The position numbers and the translations under genes were made by a program. Under the pieces are notes generated by a model. That model saw nothing but the letters and a program-made list of their open reading frames with translations. It was not told the DNA's origin and did not search any database. Positions 54,025-64,000 of a DNA stretch of 64,000 bases are shown in pieces (the first letter of the stretch is position 1; each line of letters opens with the position of its first letter). Source of the stretch: Eledone cirrhosa (taxonomy: Eukaryota); NCBI GenBank assembly GCA_964016885.1, contig OZ024744.1, positions 37,386,001 to 37,450,000 on the forward strand, written 5' to 3'.

Positions 54025-54780
54025 TTCGTTCAGTTATTTGAGGACATATGTATGAATCTAAAAAAAAGAGACGCATAAGTCATGAAAGAAGAGGTTTATA
54101 TGAGACGAAATTGACATAGGTAATCTTAAGATTGTTTCTCTCATATCTATTTAATAAATCTGTTGTTAGCATCGATATCTGCTCCGTAAGCATGTCTGAA
54201 ACGTTGACATGCCCAGATCAGAGGATATTTACCTATTCTGGACATTCTTCTAGTAAAGGTAGACTTCAGAGATTTTATATGGTATGGAGGTGTTGATTGA
54301 CACATCTTCCACTATAACCCGTACGTAGATGTCCAATGGATTCTGTTCTGGTTAGCTAGGAGGCCATATATTTGGAGTGACTTGATCGTAGAGAGATTGT
54401 AACTCATACATACTTGGCTCATCATGACATTATGAGGTGGAACAGAGTCTTGCTCACACTATCTTTCCAAGTTTTCACAACCCTCTCTGACTCCTCCATA
54501 TAGGCAGCAGTATTGACTCTTAAACTCCGAGGAAAAAATGAAAGAAGCAGTACATCACGCTCGATGCTCACGATACCTCTGATCGTCACAGTTGCCAGAA
54601 ACCGTGTATGCACGAATGTTGGAAGGTCTTTAGTGTCTCTGCATAACCCTCGAACATTCTTTCGATTGACCTTTTTGTCTTGATCAAAGATATTCTTATC
54701 AGAGAAAAGTGATAAAGTAGTTTTGTAGATATACTTCACCAAATTGGTAGCAAAAGCTTGATCTTGCAACTTTAAGGCTT
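54025..54780 (-). mobile_element. Old DD37D/maT-type transposon remnant
   Basis: FSDKNIFDQD..NRKN.R.L..HTRF.ATV; same family type as 24737-25927. Confidence 0.7.
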
Positions 54781-55214
54781 TTAGTCACACGTATCAAATC
54801 TCCTGGCTTAAGCCATGTCCACCATGTTGTTTTATCCTTGGTGTCCTGTGTATTTCTCTCCAACTTACCATGTATTCTGATCCTTGGTTAAATTCTTCCT
54901 TTCCAACCATTTCTATTACACATATACCCATATCTTATTACAACAACTCTTCCCCACTGTTTACCAAATATTCTGCAGGTGTTCTCCTTTCACTTCTTAT
55001 ACAATAATCCACACTAATGTGACCCCAACCACCATTCATGTATCGTCTATTAATATTTGCCTTAGGATGTAAAGATCCGTACAATGTCATTAAAATCATT
55101 TTTTTTCTATCCAGTTTCTATCTCAGTTCATCTGAGAATGGATGCATCATATCAAACTACTGCATCTGTCCAGTTTCTACTTCTTCTACTTCTTATTATT
55201 ATCATTATTAACCT

Positions 55215-55436
55215 TAGTGAAGTGGCAGTATTTATGGAGTGTCGGACATGCTTTCCAGCTAAGTTACGTCCCTTTACGATCTGAGTTCAAATCCCGCCGA
55301 GGTTAACTTTTCCTTTCATCCTTACCGGGTCGATAAAATAAAGTACCAGTAATGTACTGAGTTATTTGCTGGCCTTGTGACAAAAGTAGAAACTTATATT
55401 ATCATTATCCTTATTATTATTATTATTATTATTATT
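55215..55436 (+). mobile_element. SINE family A with (ATT)n tail
   Basis: A/B boxes, core and tail. Confidence 0.85.
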
Positions 55437-55641
55437 GGTCTAATCGGACGTATTTTGCTCGCTCCCAGTAAGTCGCTTTATTTGCCTGTTAAAATTATTT
55501 GCTGTTAAATATTTCTTGTTGTATAAAGGATATAAGCCCTTAGACTTTGCCCTGTGAAGGGCAAAGTATAATATTTGGGCCTTTTGGCCCAAATATTTGA
55601 ACTTTTTTTTCATGTTAAAAAATTTAAGGAGAAAAAAAAAC

Positions 55642-57506
55642 ATGGCTGAGCCACGACCCCCAGTAATATGTCTGCTGTCGTGCGACAACGACGTAGAAGT
55701 TGAGAGGAGCGCTACAGCGAAATTAACACAAATTGATAACACAAACACCACCACAAACAATGTAAACAAAGACACCAATGATACCAATAAGAACACTAAT
55801 TTTGAAATAAATGACAGTAACAGCGACAACGAAAATACAAATAACAAAGAAAAAATAACAAATACAACAACAATATCAACACCACTAACATGAAAACAAA
55901 TAGCGGCAACACCAACAGCAACAATACCAACTGCACCGAGAACAACGGTGGCAACAAAGACAAAATGATAACAGCGACAGTGCTAACAACAACACCAACA
56001 AGAACAACGACAACGACAACAACACCCCCAACGAAAACAAGAAGAATACTTTCGCTGCGGCAGCAGCAAAAGGGAGGCCATGCTTCAACATGGACCTCTC
56101 AAACAAAGATGAAAAGTTGGCCCAGGCATGGAAGCTCATTAAGCAAGAGCAAACCTGCGCCAACTTAGAGAAGACACCGAATACATAGAGAGTACGGCAC
56201 CATTTCGGTGTTGTTCAAGTCAGAAGCCCTCGCTATGAAACACGCTATGACTCCTTGCAAAACCATCAAGGTCACAATGTACCCCTCCTACATGGGAAAA
56301 AGAACGGCCCGTCTCCGCATTCACAGAATCCCACCAGGACTTGACATGTGGTGGCTTCTGCGATGTGTGATTGTGGAGGGGACGGATACAGTCCCTATAG
56401 AAGTGACCAGAACGGCCAGAGAGGACTCGTCCGGGGTTGACCTGGAAATCCTTCTCCAGATCAGGCCCGAGAATGTGAAGACAATCCCGGACCACATCCG
56501 CCTTCAGAATGGGACGGTCATTCACATTATGATAGAAGGCAAAAGGGCGCAGTGTTTTGTTTGTGGGGAAAAATCCCATTTGCGAGCCTTCTGCTCTCAA
56601 CTGCTGAAAGAGACAAGGGGTCGAAAGGCTCCACTGCTGCCGACGCCGGGGCGAGGACCACAACCAACACCAGCACCGGCAAAACCACCAACAACAACAC
56701 CAATACAAAGACCACCACCAACATTGACCCAGGGGAAAAACGAGGAAAGCTGTCAAATTCCTCCTCCCCCCCAAAATACACACACCAATAAAACCATAAA
56801 CATACATACAGACACACTTACAGACACAGACCCCTCATCTACCAGTAGTGAAGATGAGGGAAAACCAAAATCCCCCAAAATACAAAAATGGAAACACAAA
56901 AAGAAAAAGAAAACTCAACAAAGCACAAAATCACCCACAATAAAATACGCAGACACCACCCACGCAAACATCTCTCCAATAACACCATCTTCAACACCAC
57001 CATCACCATCATCAGAATCCCCCAAACGCAAATAACCTAAACAGACGCAAGAACAAATATATACACAAACATCTGAAACCACAGACACCGCACTCACAAC
57101 AAACACAGATACAACCGAAACAACACCACCAAAACCATCACCACCACAGCCACGCAAACAAATAAAATCACACCAACAAAACATACAAAACTTCGTGCTC
57201 GTCAGGAGGGCCAACAAGGAACTGATGGCCCTCGTAGCACGAAGTGAAAATATACAAAAAGAGGGTGAAATTTTTAAATCGAGCACATTTCGCGTGCCGG
57301 AAGATTTGGTTCTGGTGCGAATGTCGATCGAATTATACAAAGAAATACGAGACTGCTTTCCTCCGGACGTGGGAACCCCGAACGTAAAACCAACTTCAAG
57401 ATTTTTAAAGGGGTTCCCAAAAGAAACCCCACTAACTATGGTTTCGATCAACCCGACCTTCACAAGCGCCCGGAAGGTAAGTAAACATTTCCTCTCTCTT
57501 TTTTAA
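55642..57506 (+). pseudogene. Tx1-like ORF1 (gag-like, CCHC knuckle), disrupted
   Basis: CFVCGEKSHLRAFC zinc knuckle; low-complexity T/P/N tracts; stops and frameshifts. Confidence 0.75.
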
Positions 57507-57524
57507 CCTGCCAACATTGCCTTA

Positions 57525-60200
57525 TTAAGAGTACGATGTTTAAATGTTCGAGGCCTTGGATCATCCTGGAAGCAGGGTCACATGCTCAATAACCTCAGGT
57601 CTCTAGAAATGCATGTAATTGCCGTCAGCAGGACCAGGATTTCCGACACGCGCGCACTAGGCCCCATTTTCGACGACTATCAGATCTTTGCATCTGTTAG
57701 CCGGCGGGGAATGGGAGGCGGAATGGCAGTGCTGTTTAGGAAAGGCCTGGATCTTGAGGTAAGGTCGATCTTCCGGGACCCGGACGGGAAGTTGGTGGTC
57801 CTGGACGTGAACAACAACGAGGGACCGTCTATGTTCCTACTGGGGCAGGACGGTCGGACTTCTTTAGACGCCTGGAAGCCGTTCTGGGCATGTCTCGCCC
57901 TTTACTGTTAGCGGGGGACTGGAACGGCATCTTAGACGTACGCTGGGACTGTGTGGGAGTATCCGATAAGAGCGGAGGGTGAAAAATCCTCAAGAACCTG
58001 ATCAGCTAGTTCCAACTCTCTGACAGGTACCGACTAGATTTCCATAATGCGCCAGTGTGGACCTGGGCTAACCGCATAGGGTCATCTAGATCGTATATAG
58101 GCAGGATATTCATTAGGAAAATAGACAGAAATAGTGTAAGCTGTCCACGATTTGAAACGGTCGCCTATTCAGATCACAAGTTTGTGATCTGTATGGTCGA
58201 CCTAGATAAGACGCGTAGGTTAGGACCTGGTTACTGGAAGCTAAAAATGTCATTTCCGGCACGTAAGGCTTACAGGGACCAGTTCAACAAATTAGTTAAG
58301 AAAATGTTGACAGGGGGAGTCGTCAACAATAGTCGTCAACAACCGAGACGGACTCGAGTTGAGCGATTTCAAGGGGATGCGTGAGGCCTTTCGCCAACAT
58401 TGTGCTCGGTTGTTCGGGGTAAGTGGCGGGTCGTAGATGGTGGCGGATTTCAGTCCCTACCTCGATGGCTTGCCGCAACTCTCGACGGCTGACCCTGGGC
58501 GCTGCAAAAGGCCAATTACTTCAGCCGAGATTCAGGATGCCCTTGTCGGCTGCATGAGGCCCAAGTCACCCGGTGTGGATGGTCTGCCCTACGAACTCTC
58601 CGTAAATATGCCAGACTTGTTCTCCAATCTCCTCGAAGCCCTCTACTGCAACTGGCAGAAAAACGGGAGTATTCTCAGTTCTGTGAGCCGGGGCGTAGTG
58701 ACGCTGATAAGGAAAGACGAGAACAAGAGGGACACATTAGACAATTTCAGACCCATAACTCTGCTCAACACAGAGTTTAAGATTTTGGCCAGGGTGTTAG
58801 CGAAGAGGTTGGTGCTTGTCGTCGGGGATTTGGTTGGTGAGGCGCAAACTTGCGCAATCCCACCCAAGTCCATACACGATAACCTCCACCTAATGCGATA
58901 CATCATAGAGATTGTGGGGTGTAAACCTGGCTTCGGTGAGGCTCTGATCAATTTAAATCAATCGAAAGCATTCGATAGGGTCGACCATCGGTACCTGGAG
59001 GCTGTCCTCAAGGCGGCTGGCTTCGGCCCTGTCTTCAGAAGCTGGATCGCTGCAATACACAGCGGTCAAAATTAATGGCCACCTCTCGGAACCGTTTCAT
59101 GTCTCCCGATCGGTCCGTCAAGGGTGCCCTCTCTTCTCCCTTATGTACGTATTGACTCTCGAGCCTTTACTGCGGAAGCAGGAGCTGTTGGAGGGCATCC
59201 CGCTCGAACCAGGACGCGGAAAGGCTGTGTCGGCTTATGCGGACGACATCACCGTGATGGTGTCGGACACCTCAGAAACCGAGGTGGTCGGCAACTTATT
59301 GGAGGAATATGAAAGGTTGACTGGAGCGAAACTTAACCCGGAAAAGTCGGTGGGCTTGCAGATCGGCACATGGAGAGGCAAGTCCATGCCGTCCAACAGC
59401 GTCATAAGGCGCTGGACGGACGAACTGGTAAAGTTGCTAGGGGTTTGGTTCGGGCCAGACCTCCAGGTGGATAAGAATTGGGACGAGGTGACGGGCAGGG
59501 TAGCCAGTCTCACCCAGAAATGGGCTGGGATGAAGCCATCACTGAAAGGTCGAGCGGAGGTGGCGAACGCGTACATCGCGTCCGTCATCTACTACCGTCT
59601 GACCGTCGTCCCTTGACCCCGTTTGCGCCTCGCCATCTTGGAGCGGCTCCCCTTCAAATGCTTTTGGAGGGGGTCAGGTTACGCTGGTGAGGCGGTCTAT
59701 CTGCTGCCAGCACCCTCTACGTGGAGGGCTGGGTATGCCGTGGCTAATGATGCGCTGAGGCTGCGGCATCTCCTGATACTCTGCCTAAACGGTGAACAGG
59801 CGTGGTCGCCGTTTGTCAGACGGGCCTTTCCGCAGCTCGTTTCTGTGACTGAACTGCAGTCCTGGGTCAAGAAGAGACCGAGACTGGGTGACTGGCATCT
59901 GGAATGTTGCCACGCCCTCACTGCCCTCTACCAGGCGGGCAATGCGATCAGTGGAACTTCCACTCTCAAGTTCTATAGAGGATTAGTGGTAGGCAAGTGC
60001 GACGACGCACTCGGAGAAGCTCGGGGAGTCAACGAAGTCGAACTAACCAGTCTGTACCGGAGGACTTTCGAGCCGGGGACGATGGATAATTTCCCAAAAT
60101 CCCTCGCTTGGCAGGGTTACCAAGGGGCACTGCAGGCTCGAGATAAACTCTACAGGCACGGAAGTGCTGTCAGACGGACCTGCCCGAGATGCGCGGGTTA
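57525..60200 (+). pseudogene. Tx1-like ORF2 (APE endonuclease + RT), frameshifted
   Basis: CLNVRGL, GDWN, SDHK; KSPGVDGLPYE, NFRPITLLN, KAFDRVDH, RQG, YADD; CPRC. Confidence 0.92.
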
Positions 60201-60524
60201 TATTCGAGGATTATATTCGAGGATTATAATTAAAGAAGAATGTAATTGAAAACCGCAACTATACAAACGCGTGATATCTTTATCCAATGAAAAGCGATCA
60301 TACAAGTGCATATTAGGATATAACGCATTCCAGCACCTTTCATATTCACAATATGCTGTAAAGAATCACAAGCACATACGTTACCTGTGTACCTGTGATA
60401 AATTTTAATATATAAATTAACACTATACTACCTCAGGTAACCAGTGCCCTTTTCTTCCGTCTGTACACATAAACCTATAGCTCTCTCTCCCTCTCTCTCA
60501 CACACTTTCTCTCTCTCTATATAT

Positions 60525-60851
<327 letters not shown>

Positions 60852-60869
60852 AGAGAGAGAGAGAGAGAG

Positions 60870-61198
60870 AGAGACTATCCTGTGAATTTCCAACCGATAA
60901 GGTATGATTTTTATATATATATATAGACTATCCAGTGAATTCCCAAACGATAAGGTAGAATTTTCATGGGTATCTCTCTATTTATAAAACAAACTTTGTA
61001 TTTTATCTGATGAAAGCGTACCAATGCTGTCTTGGTTGCCCTTGAATTATATATAATAAAATAAATATGGTTTTATAAATATAGTTTCCATTTATTTAAT
61101 ATCATTGAATATTTACTCCAGTATCTTGTTGAGTTCTCTAAATCAGTTATAAACATTTATGTTTGTCGGACTTCCAACAAATTAAATACCACTTCTAC

Positions 61199-61200
<2 letters not shown>
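60870..61200 (+). mobile_element. HHR family D copy (hammerhead 60999-61063, GAAA mutated to GAAU)
   Basis: Reverse-complement homolog of 42331-42595. Confidence 0.8.
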
Positions 61201-61234
<34 letters not shown>

Positions 61235-61237
61235 GTG

Positions 61238-61382
<145 letters not shown>

Positions 61383-61816
61383 ATGTGTGTAGATAGATAG
61401 ATAGATATATCAAGATGAATTCAGTAACAAACTGGTTTGACTATTACTCACCAGAGTATGTCTATATAAATGAGCTGGGCTCTTGCCAAAAAAGGCGTAG
61501 ACATACAACAAACAGGAGGAACATAATAGTACCACTAATGATGTTGCAGATGTGCAACGAAAGAACTTTATTAGAAAATGTATATATATTTATATCTGAC
61601 CGTTGGTCAGTCAATGATAAATATTGAGAACTAAATGAATTAACTGTGGAGATATAAAAGATACAGAAGTGAAAACCAACCAAACAGTGAGTGTGTTCTG
61701 TTATTATTTCTGGCAATATTATTACAACAATATGACCCTCCCCAAGTATAACTATAATTGTTTCGACACGATTTCATATCAAAAACCTCGCAAAACAAAT
61801 ATATATATTTTATATA

Positions 61817-61853
<37 letters not shown>

Positions 61854-62116
61854 CAGGACACGAATCGGACCCAGAATTATGTATATTTCAATGGATCATC
61901 ACGAATCTTTCTTCCTCTTCTATCACTGTTAGTCTTTCCATTATTTTCTTTAAAATTTGCATACATTGCCTTTCACATCCTCTTAGGGATATTTTCTCTG
62001 AATAAATATGGATATTCTGTTCAAAAGACAGATTATACATTCATACATACACAAAACCCTACATGCATACATTCATACATACATACATACATACATACAT
62101 ACATACATACATACAT

Positions 62117-62188
<72 letters not shown>

Positions 62189-62818
62189 GTGTATGTATGT
62201 ATATACATTCATATATATATGTATGTATACTCACATACATATATAAATATATATATATATAAATGTATATGTATGTATGCATACACACACGCGTGCACAC
62301 ACACACACATATTTATATACATATATATACATATATATCCATGTACACATACACATATACCAATAAATCATCAATAAATCGAAGTAAGTTCAAATAAAAT
62401 GTGATTTAAAATAAATATGAATAATGAATGTATAACTATTTTCTGTACATTTACATTTATATGTTCTTGCACGATATGGTTATCAAACTAACGAAGGAAG
62501 ACGTAAAGAAAATAGAAAAAAAAACACAGATTTTTTCTCCTTTATAAATATGTGCAATGAACATTATTATATAACGCCTTCCAATCAGTGTTTTCAATTG
62601 GTACATCTTTTGAAAACGAAATTTTCTCTGACTTTTAACAAATATTGTTTCATTATACATTACATAGATAAAGATACGATCATTTTAGTTGAAGAATAAC
62701 CATTCATTCCTGCTATAAAACGTTTTGTCTGGCAACTGATATGGAGAAGGAAGAACACAGTAAATGAGATAAAACAAACAGTCAATAAAGCAAACAAACA
62801 GACAAGCATTTTGTACGA

Positions 62819-62893
<75 letters not shown>

Positions 62894-63067
62894 TAATCGT
62901 ACGAAAATGGTTGTTTGTTTGTTTTTTCTCATTTACAGCGTTCTTGCTTCTTCATTTATTCACTTTCCTTTTATATATATATATATATATATCTACAAAT
63001 ATGTACACATATATATATACATTTACAAATGCATATGTATATATTTGTGATCTGGTATTTGTATATG

Positions 63068-63145
<78 letters not shown>

Positions 63146-63209
63146 CATATATGTACATATATATACATATATGTATATACATATATGTATATATATACAT
63201 ATATGTACA

Positions 63210-63257
<48 letters not shown>

Positions 63258-63276
63258 TATATATATAAATATATAA

Positions 63277-63344
<68 letters not shown>

Positions 63345-63604
63345 CATATATAAGGTAAACAGAAATAACAACACAATCGGTACAGAATATGGAAGGAAGA
63401 GTACATACGTACATATATACAAATTCATGCATATTTATATATTTATAAGTACGTGTCTGTTTGTGCAAATACTCGTTATGTAAGCGTAGGTGTTTACATA
63501 TGCAAATATATGTATACGTACACATATTCACATGATCTGTTGGTACATAATCATGCACGTATATATATATATATATATAGATAGAGAGAGAGAGATAGGT
63601 ATTT

Positions 63605-63668
<64 letters not shown>

Positions 63669-64000
63669 AATATGAGAGAAGGAGAGAGAGAGAGAGAGAG
63701 AGGGAGACAGAAAGAGAAGAATCGAACCCAGTACTGGCCTAGTATTAATTTTGTAGAGACTTCCTTTAAACTCTAAATGTAGATATTGGCGTCGTCTCAA
63801 CCCAGAGTGCAGCATTCCGGAACGATTTGAACCGAATGATTCTGTAAATTGGCCACCTTCAAAAATTCGGTATGATAGTCGAAATTGGAGGGAAATTTAG
63901 GGACAGGTATACATAGATGTGCACACATTATATACATACATATATATATATATATAAAATATGACAAGAAAGAAGAATACTGCGTGGTTGCACATGGGTT

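Larger units (their letters stand above)
55437..60200 (+). mobile_element. Near full-length decayed L1/Tx1-clade LINE
   Basis: 5' UTR, ORF1 and ORF2 in order; 3' end truncated. Confidence 0.88.

Overview
AT-rich eukaryotic DNA packed with microsatellites and transposon debris. The SINE families and (TA)n density suggest a cephalopod/octopus-like genome (inference). I found no host protein-coding exon, and most ORFs in the track are microsatellite artefacts. Recognisable elements: an internally deleted mariner, DD37D/maT-type Tc1-mariner remnants, small Tc1 MITEs, a hAT-like element carrying a 55-bp minisatellite, a Helitron 3' end, a near full-length decayed L1/Tx1 LINE, R4/Dong, RTE and CR1-type fragments, two tRNA-derived SINE families and two Penelope-like (Neptune-type GIY-YIG) inverted insertions. 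The main signal is a hammerhead-ribozyme (HHR) system. About 25 minimal type-I HHR motifs from many families were read by eye, almost all in short units embedded in (TA)n. They include a young head-to-tail array of ~503-nt non-coding monomers with one canonical HHR each (18594-20670, a retrozyme-like array predicted to release ~500-nt monomers or circRNAs), diverged relatives with compensatory stem changes, terminally redundant 591- and 657-nt units, U3-A8 core variants, and perfect fold-back palindromes whose axes fall on ribozyme helices. All RNA structures are manual predictions and none was folded computationally.
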